In this document: in pieces, positions 1 through 10,655 of the stretch
How positions within the stretch are numbered: the first letter of the stretch is position 1
How the letters are laid out: every line of letters begins with the position of its first letter
Origin: Phycisphaerae bacterium
Lineage (GTDB): Bacteria > Planctomycetota > Phycisphaerae > UBA1845
Direction of reading: 5' to 3'
Assembly (NCBI GenBank): GCA_029260165.1
Contig: JAJDDT010000116.1
Span: 1-64,000, forward strand
Length of the DNA stretch: 64,000 nucleotides
Translations under genes and position numbers: made by a program
The notes under the pieces: generated by a model
What the model was told of the DNA's origin: nothing
Seen by the model: only the letters and a program-made list of their open reading frames with translations
Database searches by the model: none

Positions 1-306
1 TAATGGCTTGCACGGACTGCCGTGGGGCGAGGGGAGGGGTGATCTACTCAATTGGTCCGACGACGCCAAGTGGGTCGTGGCAGAGGTGGACGATGAGACG
101 ATCGTCGATCTCGGAGGCAAAATCAAGTTTCCGCGCGCTAATGTCGTGTACTGCGGACTGCGGGAGGGGGCGACGTCATACATCGCAAATCATGGGGGCA
201 CAGGGCGCGCAATTAGCGGCGCGACCGTGACGGGAGGCGGGCACTTCACAGATGGACAGCAACGCCTGCGAGGAAAAACCGAAACGCATGGAACATTGCA
301 AACCGC

Positions 307-1989
307 CTACCGAACAGAAATGACCGCGTCCGCCTCAGCCATGTCCACGATCGTGTTGCGATCGACAATATCCTCGCTCACCAGCTCAGGCTCGCGAATG
401 GCCAGGATACGCAAAAACTCCGGCGGAAACGCCCGGTAACGCAAACGAGCCGTCACCCGAATATCACCAACAATCCCCCGATCCGGAATCGGAACATCGT
501 ACCGAAACGGCGTCGGTGTCAGCATGTCCAGCGAATGCGAATTGTCCATGTGATCAGCCAACAACGGATTGATCACCGTCTCCCACGACCCATCCTCGTG
601 AATCCGGATGAATTTGTTCTGAAAACTCACCATTCCAAGATTCCGCTCCGGTCGCTGATTGTGATCAGGCCCATCGTGAAAAACCGTATCCAGTGTTTCC
701 ATATCCACGTCAAAATGGTGATCGTTCAAATCCTCATCATCCTGCAACCCGTCAGGTTCCATTTCCCCGGTTTCGGGATGGGCCTGATCACGCAGGTACC
801 CCGATTCGTAAATCACCCCCGCGTCATCCGAAACCACCAGCTCCACCCATACCTGTCGCTCCTGCGAAAAACCAGACGGCACGCGATGCCCGGTTCCCGT
901 ATTCGTCACAACGATCCGAATCGGAATCACCTCTGCATCTGTCGCCAACGACGCGGGCGTTCCATCCAGCGTCAATGTACACGCCGCTCGCAACATCTGC
1001 GTCCGACGCTGCTTCTGACCCAGTGGAAAACCAAACTCATCCTTCGCATCCGTATCAATATTCGGAAACTGCGGGCTGTCCACAAACGGAATCGAGACAG
1101 CCGTGAACGCATGAATCGCGTGTTTCCGCTCAGGAACGTCCACCCCAACCCCAAGTGTCATCGTCGGAAACACGCCGGGCGGTTCGATCGGATACAACGA
1201 CATATGACAGTCCTGGCAACGAACCACTTTCCCATGCGGATTGTCCGTCGAGTTGTAAGGCCCATTCTTCCATTCGGTGAACAGATTCTCCAGACGCTGA
1301 AAAGGCTCGCCCGTCACGGGATCAGGAATCGGAATACGCACATCATGACAGGATCCGCAAAACTCCGGCGACTGCAGGTATGGCGACTCCGCAGTATCGT
1401 GATACGAAACGTCCACCGAGTCCGACACAGGCCCCCATTTCGTATCGCTGGGACCATAAATCAGTGACAAATTCGCGATCCCATCGTTGAGAAAACTCTT
1501 GTCCAGGTCAGGCCCCGTCACCGTGTGACAAAAATCACAACTGAGACCCTGTTGGCTGACGGGTGACAGGTTGTCCCGGGCAGGCGTGGCAGACGCCTCA
1601 TCGACATAGCTCGGCAACTCACCGTTGAATACCCCCGTCGGAGAATGACAACCGATGCAGAAATTCTCCGTCACGCCATTTTCGGGATTGGCTGCAAAGG
1701 CACCCGAAGTCAGTTTTTCAACCGTCAGCTCAAAAGCATTGAATACCGGACTGGTGGCAGAATAGTGCATGATCGACCCCTGCCATTCACGGAAATGAGT
1801 TGGATGGCATGCACCACACATCGTTGGATCATTGAAACCAGCCGATGCGAAACCCGCCGTCCCATCACTTGGCGCAACCTCCACCCCTGTCGAAGGCGGA
1901 TTGTTCTCCAGCCCGCACCCATGCCACACCAGGGTCCCCAAACAGAGCGACAGGGTACCCATAATTCCCAAAATGATTCGCCGACGCAT
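307..1989 (-). CDS. secreted multiheme cytochrome c (5 CxxCH motifs)
   Basis: The ORF track 602-aa frame has an internal Met (MRRRIILGIMGTLSLCLG) at 1989 preceding a signal-peptide-like stretch. Heme-binding motifs CGACH, CIGCH, CDFCH, CGSCH and CQDCH are read from the translation. Confidence 0.75.
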   Translation of the reverse strand: MRRRIILGIMGTLSLCLGTLVWHGCGLENNPPSTGVEVAPSDGTAGFASAGFNDPTMCGACHPTHFREWQGSIMHYSATSPVFNAFELTVEKLTSGAFAANPENGVTENFCIGCHSPTGVFNGELPSYVDEASATPARDNLSPVSQQGLSCDFCHTVTGPDLDKSFLNDGIANLSLIYGPSDTKWGPVSDSVDVSYHDTAESPYLQSPEFCGSCHDVRIPIPDPVTGEPFQRLENLFTEWKNGPYNSTDNPHGKVVRCQDCHMSLYPIEPPGVFPTMTLGVGVDVPERKHAIHAFTAVSIPFVDSPQFPNIDTDAKDEFGFPLGQKQRRTQMLRAACTLTLDGTPASLATDAEVIPIRIVVTNTGTGHRVPSGFSQERQVWVELVVSDDAGVIYESGYLRDQAHPETGEMEPDGLQDDEDLNDHHFDVDMETLDTVFHDGPDHNQRPERNLGMVSFQNKFIRIHEDGSWETVINPLLADHMDNSHSLDMLTPTPFRYDVPIPDRGIVGDIRVTARLRYRAFPPEFLRILAIREPELVSEDIVDRNTIVDMAEADAVISVR

Positions 1990-2359
1990 TTTGCCCTTCT
2001 CACACCCACGCCACACGGATTCCACGGGCCAAACCCGGCAACTGACGTTCCGGATAATCCACGCCAGGGTCCGCATAAAACTCCCTGCGCGCGAACCCGC
2101 ATCCCGACATCGCACCCGATGGTATTTCGCAGCCGGAACAATGTCTACAATAGTCTAACCATTTTACCCGGGGCGTTGTCAACGGTGCATTCCCAATTGA
2201 TTTCCTGCACTGGACCTGGGGCATATTACCCAATTCGGCAACAGGGTCGCGTAATTACCCCCAGGGTCCGTCGTTATTTGTCTCCGAATGGTTTGGCACA
2301 CGTCTTGCTTGTCTTCACTCAGCAGGGAAACCGAAGTCACGACGAAACGGAGCAGAACA

Positions 2360-2722
2360 ATGACCGCAGCACTTAAAAAAGCCATCATCGACACCACTCG
2401 CCAGGTCGCCAATAACTGGATCAACGATGCGAAGAACTGGAGCAGGGGCGATTCGTTCAGCGGCCTGCGACAGACCCCTCGCTACCAGTGGCATACCCCG
2501 GTCATCCTCGAGGTGCTCGAAGGCCGGGACGCAGGCCAATCCTGCTACGCCAACACCCACGATATCAGCCTGGGCGGAATGGGACTGACCTGCCGACACC
2601 CCCTCCAGCAGGGCACGCTCGTCTGTGTCACCGACGACAAGGGCGATGCCGTTTTCGGTCGCGTCTGTCACTGTGCCCAGAGCATCACAACGTTCAAGGT
2701 TGGTATCGAGTTCACCGCGTAG
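2360..2722 (+). CDS. PilZ-domain c-di-GMP binding protein
   Basis: It carries the RxxxR motif (RQTPR) and the DxSxxG motif (DISLGGMG), which are diagnostic of PilZ. GGAG lies 8 nt upstream of the ATG at 2360. Confidence 0.65.
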   Translation: MTAALKKAIIDTTRQVANNWINDAKNWSRGDSFSGLRQTPRYQWHTPVILEVLEGRDAGQSCYANTHDISLGGMGLTCRHPLQQGTLVCVTDDKGDAVFGRVCHCAQSITTFKVGIEFTA

Positions 2723-3259
2723 CAGGGTCTGATTCGAGCTTCCGGCTCATTTCGACCGATTCCCACGACCGATAACACGCCGTCGCCCGCCGAGGATTCA
2801 TAAAAAAACGGAGGTGCTGACGTGAGGCTCACCCCGACTCTCGAGACGAGTCGTTAACTCGCTCAGCCTCACGCCAGCCACCCCCGTACTCAGGAGGGGA
2901 AAGAAGAATCCGAACAAACAGGGTAGTGCCGCTCACTTCTCGACTGATTGAGCCAGGCACCGTTCAATATTCCGCGGAGGCGCAGAGGACCCCGACCGAG
3001 AGTACGAGGCTAGACACACCCCCGACCCAAGCCTCCACGTCCCGCGGCTGTTCCGGTGCGGTTTTTCCAGCCCCAACGACGGGATAATACCCGTCGATTC
3101 GAGGCTGCGTGGCGTTTCCGCTCACACCCCAACTACGGTTCCTCCGCACAACTTCTGTCTCGCGATTATGATTTTTTCGGGAATTTTTGACCGGGTCGTC
3201 CAGGATTGTGACTCACGACTTGGTGATTCGTGACAGGACCGGCTAGAATCACCCGTACA

Positions 3260-3826
3260 ATGGATGAGACAAGGCCTTCACTGCTGGTACGCGTCAAACG
3301 GCACGACGACGAAACCGCCTGGCGCGAGTTCTACCACCTCTACGCGCCTCTTCTGGAGCGCTACGCCCGCAAGAGAGGTCTCAGTCGCGAGGAATCGGAC
3401 GACGTGGCCCAGGAATGCATGAATATCCTCGTCAAGAAAATGAAGGGGTTCGACTACGCGCGCGGGAAGGGAACCTTCAAGGGCTACCTTTACCGTGTCG
3501 TCAGCAACCACATCGCCGACCGCATGCGCAAGAACAAGCCCCGACAGGCTGCCAGCGGCGAACTGCGACGACTGGAAGCCAAAGACGACCGTCACTGGGA
3601 AAAGGTCTGGTTGCAGCAGCATCTCAGCTTTTGCCTGGCCAACATCCAGGACGAATTTTCCGAGGTCACCATCGCCGCGTTCAAACTCTACGCTCTTCGT
3701 GAATGGTCCGTCGAAAAGGTTTGTGAGTCGCTCGGTATCACAGCCAATCAGGTCTATCTCGCCAAGTCGCGCGTGACCCGAAGACTCCGCAAGGAATTGA
3801 GCGAATACGTCGGTGAAGTGTTGTAG
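3260..3826 (+). CDS. ECF (sigma-70 family) RNA polymerase sigma factor
   Basis: It has the region-2 FYHLYAPLLERYARKRGLSREESDDVAQE and a region-4 HTH (LGITANQVYLAKSRVTRRLRKEL). Confidence 0.85.
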   Translation: MDETRPSLLVRVKRHDDETAWREFYHLYAPLLERYARKRGLSREESDDVAQECMNILVKKMKGFDYARGKGTFKGYLYRVVSNHIADRMRKNKPRQAASGELRRLEAKDDRHWEKVWLQQHLSFCLANIQDEFSEVTIAAFKLYALREWSVEKVCESLGITANQVYLAKSRVTRRLRKELSEYVGEVL

Positions 3827-3870
3827 CGAAATCGTCGCGCGAAACGCTGTTTCAAAAACGAGGTAATCCC

Positions 3871-6345
3871 GTGTCCACCTGTCTCACCGAAGTCGATTTC
3901 GAGCAATTCGACAACGGGGACTCGACCGACGCGGAGTTGGAACGCATCAGCGACCACATCTCTTCCTGCGACGCCTGCCGCATTGCCTACGAACGGTTTC
4001 AGAATGACGAGAGTTTCCTCGCCGGTGCCAGATCGCTCCTCGACGACGACATGACCATCCCCAAAATCCCGCGACGCCGAAAACCCTCTTCAGGCGATTT
4101 TACCATCGAGCACGCGCCAAAACTCGAACTCTCCAGGCACCTGCCCAACATCGACGGCTACAAGATCGTCGATGTTCTGGGTCACGGCGGGATGGGCATC
4201 GTTTACCGTGCGGTCCAGCTCAAGCTCAACCGCACGGTCGCGCTCAAGGTGCTCCCCTCGATGATTGGAGCCGCCAACCCCGCCGCCGTCGAACGCTTCC
4301 AAAGAGAAGCCAACGCAGCCGCAAGACTTCACCACACGCACATCATCCCCATCTACGATTTCGGCGAGTCTCACGATGCGTACTACTACGCCATGGAGCT
4401 TATCCAGGGGCAACCGATCTCTGTTTTGGTCAAACAATTTGCGAAGAAGAACGCAGCCAGCGCTTCCCCTGCTCGGTTGGCAGACATGCTGCGCAACACC
4501 ACTTATGAATCTCCCGACACCGGCAGATCCCAACCCTACATCATGCCCGACATCGACGAATCACGCGTCACGATGGCGACGCAGGGTTTCGGTCGCGGGC
4601 GCATCTACTACCGACAGGTCGCGCGATGGATTGCGGACGCTGCCCATGCGCTCCAATACGCCCACAGCCAGCGCATCATCCACCGCGATATCAAGCCCGC
4701 CAACCTGATTCTCTCCGTCGATGGTCGCATCATGGTCGCGGATTTCGGCCTGGCCAAGACCGAGGATGAGCACTCTGTCACGGTCACCGGTGCGCTTCTC
4801 GGGACGATTCGCTATTGCAGTCCCGAGCAGGCGATGGCGGGTCGCATCCCGCTCGACCATCGCACCGACGTTTACTCACTCGGTGCGACGATGTACGAGC
4901 TGCTCTGCTTCCAGCCTGCCTACCCCGGCGACGAAGACAAGAAGGTTCTCGCAGCCATCATGACCCGCGACCCGGTTTCGCCGCGGAAAATCGTCCCCCA
5001 TGTCCCTGCCGAACTGGAAACGATTTGTTTGAAAGCAATGGAACGCGCCCCCGACGCGCGCTATCAGACCGCCCGCGCCTTCGCCGAAGACCTTGAGCGC
5101 TACACCAAAGACCTGCCCATCGTCGCCAAGCGCCCACCGTTCCATAAACGAGCCGTCAAATTCGTGCGTCGCCATCGCGCTGCCACGACGGCTGCGACGG
5201 CGGGTGTGCTCGTTGTCGTCATGACGGTCGTGTTGTTCGTTCAGGAACAGATCCAGAAGGATCTGCGAAACGACGTTCACATGCAGGACGCTCGGCACGC
5301 GATGAACAACAATGAATACGACGACGCGCTAATCGATTTGCAGGCAGTCCTGGAGGAATCGCCCGACAACTGGCGCGCCATTGGAAACCTTGGCATTGTC
5401 GGCAAGGAGAAATTCAAACGCAGTGCCCAGGGCGAGGAAGACTTTCAGATTCTCCGCGACGCCGTCGCCAATTGCGATCGAGCGCTCGTGACCGAGCCTG
5501 ACCACCCTGGACTGCTCAGTACCAAGTCCGTGGCGCTGTACATGCTCAAAAAGCTGAAAAAAGCCGAGCAGGTTTGCAAGGATGCCCTCGATTCTCAGCA
5601 CCCGTGGGCCGCATCCAACTTGATCAAGATATATGCATTGCAGCGGCAAATCGACGAAGCCAAAGAAGTGAGCGACATCGCGGCCAGGCTCGCCGCCGAC
5701 AAACTCGTCGAACTCAGGAGGGGCGTGATCCCACGCGACGAAGCCAGCGGACAACAGCAGGCCCTCGGAAGTCTCTGGCGCACCATCGCCACCATTCGGT
5801 TTTTCCTTGACGACAAGGAAGGCACCGAAGAAGCCATCAGGTTCGCACTCAAGTTCGACAATCACCACCCCGGAAACCAGTTGATGAAGGCACGCATTCT
5901 CCTGGCCTACGGCGCTGATCATGACGACGAACGCGCCAGACCATACCTGTTTGCCCGAAATGCATGGAGAGAGGCCTCTGATCTCAAATACCCTGCACGC
6001 GATCCGCGTGGCGAGCGGATGGTCGCCTTGGCTATACTCAAGGAAGAGGACTATTCTGAAGCCATCGTCGAAGCCGAAAAAACAATCAACGCCGGCGACA
6101 TTCCCGCATTTGGGCATCTTGTTGCTTCGATTGCTCACGCCCACCTCGGCGCACGCGACGCAGCCCGCGCCCATCTCCGCGAAGCCGACGCCAAATGGCC
6201 TGATGATCTTCGCCAACCAGGCCAATACCGGGTCAACGCCGACCGCGAAATCCTCTGGTTTGAAACCGCCGACGAACTCATCCGCCTGCGATCCGAGGCG
6301 GAAAATCTCCTCGAAATTCCACATTCGGGTCCGCAAAATCGTTAA
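3871..6345 (+). CDS. Ser/Thr protein kinase with N-terminal ZAS-like zinc motif and C-terminal TPR repeats
   Basis: It starts at a GTG with an upstream GAGG. The sequence shows HRDIKPANLIL, DFGLAK and a GxGxxG glycine loop. The N-terminus has an H-x3-C-x2-C motif (DHISSCDAC). There is a transmembrane segment, then TPR-like repeats. Confidence 0.9.
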   Translation: MSTCLTEVDFEQFDNGDSTDAELERISDHISSCDACRIAYERFQNDESFLAGARSLLDDDMTIPKIPRRRKPSSGDFTIEHAPKLELSRHLPNIDGYKIVDVLGHGGMGIVYRAVQLKLNRTVALKVLPSMIGAANPAAVERFQREANAAARLHHTHIIPIYDFGESHDAYYYAMELIQGQPISVLVKQFAKKNAASASPARLADMLRNTTYESPDTGRSQPYIMPDIDESRVTMATQGFGRGRIYYRQVARWIADAAHALQYAHSQRIIHRDIKPANLILSVDGRIMVADFGLAKTEDEHSVTVTGALLGTIRYCSPEQAMAGRIPLDHRTDVYSLGATMYELLCFQPAYPGDEDKKVLAAIMTRDPVSPRKIVPHVPAELETICLKAMERAPDARYQTARAFAEDLERYTKDLPIVAKRPPFHKRAVKFVRRHRAATTAATAGVLVVVMTVVLFVQEQIQKDLRNDVHMQDARHAMNNNEYDDALIDLQAVLEESPDNWRAIGNLGIVGKEKFKRSAQGEEDFQILRDAVANCDRALVTEPDHPGLLSTKSVALYMLKKLKKAEQVCKDALDSQHPWAASNLIKIYALQRQIDEAKEVSDIAARLAADKLVELRRGVIPRDEASGQQQALGSLWRTIATIRFFLDDKEGTEEAIRFALKFDNHHPGNQLMKARILLAYGADHDDERARPYLFARNAWREASDLKYPARDPRGERMVALAILKEEDYSEAIVEAEKTINAGDIPAFGHLVASIAHAHLGARDAARAHLREADAKWPDDLRQPGQYRVNADREILWFETADELIRLRSEAENLLEIPHSGPQNR

Positions 6346-6391
6346 AACCGCCCCAGAACCAATCGTTCCAAAACGCAGAATAATTGGCATC

Positions 6392-6418
6392 CAACCCACC
6401 ATTTTGTTAGGATGGTGG
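6392..6418 (+). terminator. possible hairpin after the kinase gene (CCACCAT-N9-ATGGTGG)
   Basis: A 7-bp inverted repeat lies 50 bp past the stop codon, with no T-tract. Confidence 0.2.
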
Positions 6419-6590
6419 TGCTGTGGCTGCTTTGAACAGCCGCACATGTCCGCAGGTGACGAGGCTTCCCGCGGGCCTGATGGGGTGCTGCGACAAGACT
6501 GTCAACACGGTGTCCGTGCGCCCATGGTCAGCCGAACAACCGGAGTTCCGTCGTGACGCGCGACGTGACGCCAACGCAGGAGAGTCGGAT

Positions 6591-8507
6591 ATGCGTGCGA
6601 AAACACTGTTAGCCTCGATGTGCCTCGCTCTTGCGTGGACCCATACCGATGCCGTCGCGGGACCCTGCCTCTGCAACGGAAACGCGGACAACGTCGGGAC
6701 CGTGGACCCCAACGATATCGACCTCATCTTTACCTGCCTCGATGGCGATTGCACGGGTTGTGCGAACGACTGCGACGTGAACTGTGATGGTGTTGTCGAC
6801 CTCGAAGACGTCTCCGTGGCACAATGTCAACTCGGTACGAACGACCCAACCTGTTGCGCCGCCATCACCACCGGTGCCTGCTGCATCGACGGCATTACCT
6901 GCGCGCAGGCGACCCAGGCTGTCTGCCTCGCATCGGCGGACGCCCGCTACCTCGGCGACGGAACCATTTGCGCCGATGGTGGGTGTGATTGCAACGGCAA
7001 CGGCGTCAACGATCGGCTGGATATCGCCAACAACTTCGAGGACGACTGCAACCGCAACGGCATCCCCGACCGCTGTGAAATCAACGTGGTCAGTCCCGCG
7101 CCGGGCGGTCCGTTTTTCTGCAACATCCCGGGCAACTGCGACCCGGACTGCAACAACAACGGTCAACCCGATGGATGCGACATCGAACGGTGCGGTGCGG
7201 GCATACCCGCCAACCCCGATTGTCAGGACTGCAACCTCAACCGAATTCCCGACATCTGCGATATCTCGATGGGTGTGTCCAACGACTTCAATGGAGACTT
7301 CACCCCCGATGAGTGCCGCTTCTGGGACGGTGGGGGAGGCAATGACCTTTGGGGGAATCCGCAAAACTGGAATCCCGACACCCTGCCGCAGCCGAATGAT
7401 CCGGTCACCATCGCGGGACCAACAAGCATCGTTCAGCTCGATATCCCTGTACAAATCAGATCGCTAAGTCTCATCGACCGGGCTTCGCTCATCGTATCAT
7501 CACCCCTGCCGAATGATCTGCAGATTCTCGACGGACTCGACGTCCGCGGTAATCTCAGGCTCGGACGGGATCGCCAGGTTATCGTCATGAATGGTGATGC
7601 TGTCATCGGGTCATCCGGTTCGCTCAAACGCGACGGCGTCGATCCAACGACTGCAGCCTTGAGGGTTCTCAACGGCAATCTCAAGGTGCTCGAGGGAATC
7701 GCCACACAACCTCGTGGAGAGCTTGTTCTTGAAGATCGGATGGAGCTGAGCGTGTCCGGCGACGTCGTCGTCGATGGCAGAAACGCCGTCTCCTGCGATC
7801 TGATTCCCCTCGTCGGTCCCGACTGCACCCCACCGTTGCTCGAACTCACCAAAAACTCCAAGGCCGAGATATTTGGAAAAATGGAATTGAAGGGCTCCGT
7901 CGAGATCAAGGGTGGAAAACTCGTTGCATCAGCAGCCTCCGCGCCTTCAGGATCATCCGGACCATCCGCCGCAGGCCCGCCCGACCACCAGATCGTCCTT
8001 GGCGGTGATTTCCAGAACAAAGCCACCGACCCGCAATGCTTCGATTTCATCGACGGTGGCATCCGACTCGACAGCACGATCCCCCCGTTCGCCAACTTCG
8101 GTGAAGGCCTCCCGCAGGACTTTGAAGTCGCCGGCGCGGACATAGGCCCGGTCTTCGCGGGCCTCGATAATAATTTCGCCTTCGGGCAGATTACCATCAC
8201 CACGCCCACGCGGGTCAACTTCGTCGACCGCTTCGACAACGATGGAAACCCCTCGCGACGCGACGCACAGTATGTTCAGGTTCTGCGTCTGGATCCCGGT
8301 ACCCGGACAAATACCGTTGGTGTTAATGTCTACTACGTCGATCTCATCGACGGCGGAAGCGTCATCACCGGAAACGGGGCTCTCATTCCCATCGTTGGTC
8401 CCGCCGTTCCCGCTGCCTCCGGGTTCGCCATGTTCGTTCTTGCGTCGTGCATGATTCTTGCCGCCGCCCGCATCATGCGAAAACAGCGTTTTGAACCGCA
8501 GACATGA
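6591..8507 (+). CDS. secreted Cys/Asp-rich repeat protein (dockerin/EF-hand-like DxDxDG repeats) with C-terminal membrane-anchor sorting-like tail
   Basis: AGGAGA lies upstream of ATG 6591. The signal peptide is MRAKTLLASMCLALAWTHTDAVAG. Repeats such as DVNCDGVVDLEDV are present. The C-terminus is PAVPAASGFAMFVLASCMILAAARIMRKQR. Confidence 0.6.
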   Translation: MRAKTLLASMCLALAWTHTDAVAGPCLCNGNADNVGTVDPNDIDLIFTCLDGDCTGCANDCDVNCDGVVDLEDVSVAQCQLGTNDPTCCAAITTGACCIDGITCAQATQAVCLASADARYLGDGTICADGGCDCNGNGVNDRLDIANNFEDDCNRNGIPDRCEINVVSPAPGGPFFCNIPGNCDPDCNNNGQPDGCDIERCGAGIPANPDCQDCNLNRIPDICDISMGVSNDFNGDFTPDECRFWDGGGGNDLWGNPQNWNPDTLPQPNDPVTIAGPTSIVQLDIPVQIRSLSLIDRASLIVSSPLPNDLQILDGLDVRGNLRLGRDRQVIVMNGDAVIGSSGSLKRDGVDPTTAALRVLNGNLKVLEGIATQPRGELVLEDRMELSVSGDVVVDGRNAVSCDLIPLVGPDCTPPLLELTKNSKAEIFGKMELKGSVEIKGGKLVASAASAPSGSSGPSAAGPPDHQIVLGGDFQNKATDPQCFDFIDGGIRLDSTIPPFANFGEGLPQDFEVAGADIGPVFAGLDNNFAFGQITITTPTRVNFVDRFDNDGNPSRRDAQYVQVLRLDPGTRTNTVGVNVYYVDLIDGGSVITGNGALIPIVGPAVPAASGFAMFVLASCMILAAARIMRKQRFEPQT

Positions 8508-8646
8508 TCTGACAATCCAATCCGCCCCATTCAAAAATCGTCGCTGATTTGTAATAGTCAGTGTCGCGGGATCGTTGTAAAATGCGCCGACACCCAATAC
8601 CCCGTCCGGGTGTGCGTCAGAACCGAACCAGACAGGGACACGCGCA

Positions 8647-9327
8647 GTGAATGACTCGCTACAGACATCCTTGCTCGCGGCAGCGCCGATCGCCATGGTC
8701 GCGCTTGAAATCGCATACATTGCAAGCCTGATCGTCGGCGGTGGGCTGATGCTCCTGTCCACCATGTTCGGTCAGGATGCTGATGCCGACGTTGACTTCG
8801 GCGATGTTGATGCCGATTTCGACCTTGACACCGACGCCGATCCTGGAATCGACGCACCCCACGACGCGTCAGCCATGTCGCTGGCGAGTTGGTTTTCCAC
8901 GCAATTCGTCGTGTATTTCCTCGCAGGCTTTGGGCTTGTCGGCGTCGTTCTCACCTTTCTGACCCCGCAATCAACCGCCGCGGTCGCGGTCTCTGCCGTT
9001 GTCGTTGGTATCGTCACAGGCCAATCCGCCCACCACGTCCTGAGATACCTCAAACGCAGCAGCTCGGACAGCGCGCCGACGACGGCAGATTTTGTCAACA
9101 AACCCGCGCGCGTCACCATTACCGTTCAGCCAACCCAACGCGGCGAGGTGGCTGTCATGGTCCGGGGTCGCGAACGATTCGTGCCCGCCAAACCGAAACA
9201 CAACGACCAGAGCTTCAACGTCGGTGACACCATCGTCATCGTCAGCTACCACGCGGGCACCGCTGAAATCGTCAGCAAAGAGGAATTCGAATTCGTCGCC
9301 AACAAACCCCTGGGAGATTCGCAATGA
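8647..9327 (+). CDS. NfeD-like membrane protein (OB-fold, flotillin-associated)
   Basis: It has N-terminal transmembrane helices and a C-terminal beta-rich domain. Its stop overlaps the flotillin start (ATGA). The start is a GTG. Confidence 0.65.
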   Translation: MNDSLQTSLLAAAPIAMVALEIAYIASLIVGGGLMLLSTMFGQDADADVDFGDVDADFDLDTDADPGIDAPHDASAMSLASWFSTQFVVYFLAGFGLVGVVLTFLTPQSTAAVAVSAVVVGIVTGQSAHHVLRYLKRSSSDSAPTTADFVNKPARVTITVQPTQRGEVAVMVRGRERFVPAKPKHNDQSFNVGDTIVIVSYHAGTAEIVSKEEFEFVANKPLGDSQ

Positions 9328-10655
9328 CAGCAATCCTGATCGCACAAAACTCACTGCAGGCAGGTATCGCCATTGGACTGGGTGTCCTCTTTTTCATCGT
9401 TACCCTTCTTGTTCTCGTGGCCAAGTTCATGGTCGTCGGCAACCCCTCGGAATTGCTCGTCATCAGCGGCAAGCGGTCCGGCGGACTAGGCTACCGGACC
9501 CTCATAGGTGGACGCACAGTGGTCATCCCCATCATCGAAAAGGTATCGCGCGTTTCTCTGCGCAACATGCAGGTGGGCCTTGAGGTCAGAGCACAATCCG
9601 GCGGTGGCAAAATGATTCCCATCACCGTCACGGGCGTTGCCAACGTCAAGGTCGCTTCCGATCCCGAAATACGAGGCAGCGCCATCGAACGATTTCTGGG
9701 ACAACCGCAGGTCGAAATGGAACGCGTTGCCCGCGAAACATTGGAGGGTGGTTTGCGCGCGGTCATCGGAAAAATGACGCCCGAGGAAATCGTCGAAGAT
9801 CGTGACAAATTCGTCGCCACCGTCATGAACGAAGTCAGCGATGATTTCCGCAAGCTGGGCCTCGTGATCGACTCGGTCAACATTCAGAACGTCCACGACG
9901 AAGACCAATACCTCGAATCCATCGCCCGAAAAGCGTCGGCCGAAGTCCGCGCCCACGCAAGACAATACGAAGCCCAGCGCAAATCCGAAGCAGACATCAA
10001 GGAAGCAGAAGCAGGCGCCCTCGCAAGAACCGCCCAGGCAGAACGAGATGCAGAAGCCAAGTCCTCCGAAGCTGCCGGTTTTCAAAAATCCGAACAGGCA
10101 CGGCTCGAAGCTGAAAAAGCCATCGCCGAGTCCAACAACGCATTGCGTATCCGAAAAGCCGAACTCGCCAGAGAGGCTGCCCTCAAGGAAGCCGAAACAC
10201 AAACCGCCGCCGCAAAAGCAGAAGAAGCGCGACTCCTCACCACAGAGGTCAAGCACGCCAACGCAGACCGCGACGTCGCCAAGGCACAGGCGGAAGGAGC
10301 AGCCGCCAAAATCCTCGAAGAGGGAAAAGCGCGAGCCGCCGCGATACAGGCAATCGGCCAAGCTATCCATGACCACCCCGATGCCCTCAAGGTCATGCTC
10401 ACCGAAATGATGCCCAACGTCGTCAGTGAAATGACCAAAACCATCGCCAATGTCCAGCTCGGCGACATCACCGTCATCGACTCGGGAAATGGACAAGCCA
10501 TCGCCGGAGCAGCGTTGGGCAAAGCCAGAATGTTGTCCGAGTCTCTCGCAACCCTCGAGTCCGTTCTCGGCATCGACCTGCGCGACCTGACCCGGAACAT
10601 CGCGCAAAACATCACGCCGGGGAAAACGACACAACCAAAACCAGTGGAAGCATAG
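9324..10655 (+). CDS. flotillin / SPFH (band-7) domain protein
   Basis: It has an N-terminal transmembrane segment, an SPFH core (VISGKRSGG...IPIT..) and a long Ala/Glu-rich coiled-coil. Confidence 0.85.
   Translation: MTAILIAQNSLQAGIAIGLGVLFFIVTLLVLVAKFMVVGNPSELLVISGKRSGGLGYRTLIGGRTVVIPIIEKVSRVSLRNMQVGLEVRAQSGGGKMIPITVTGVANVKVASDPEIRGSAIERFLGQPQVEMERVARETLEGGLRAVIGKMTPEEIVEDRDKFVATVMNEVSDDFRKLGLVIDSVNIQNVHDEDQYLESIARKASAEVRAHARQYEAQRKSEADIKEAEAGALARTAQAERDAEAKSSEAAGFQKSEQARLEAEKAIAESNNALRIRKAELAREAALKEAETQTAAAKAEEARLLTTEVKHANADRDVAKAQAEGAAAKILEEGKARAAAIQAIGQAIHDHPDALKVMLTEMMPNVVSEMTKTIANVQLGDITVIDSGNGQAIAGAALGKARMLSESLATLESVLGIDLRDLTRNIAQNITPGKTTQPKPVEA

Noticed and set aside
8-439. 143-aa + strand ORF at window edge
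   Set aside because: It is convergent with and overlaps the multiheme cytochrome 3' end by ~130 nt. Its tail is S/T-rich mirror-like sequence. It may be the end of an upstream gene, but no stop can be assigned.
5329-6447. 372-aa ORF antisense to the Ser/Thr kinase
   Set aside because: It is an opposite-strand shadow ORF typical of high-GC DNA. The kinase frame has clear motifs.
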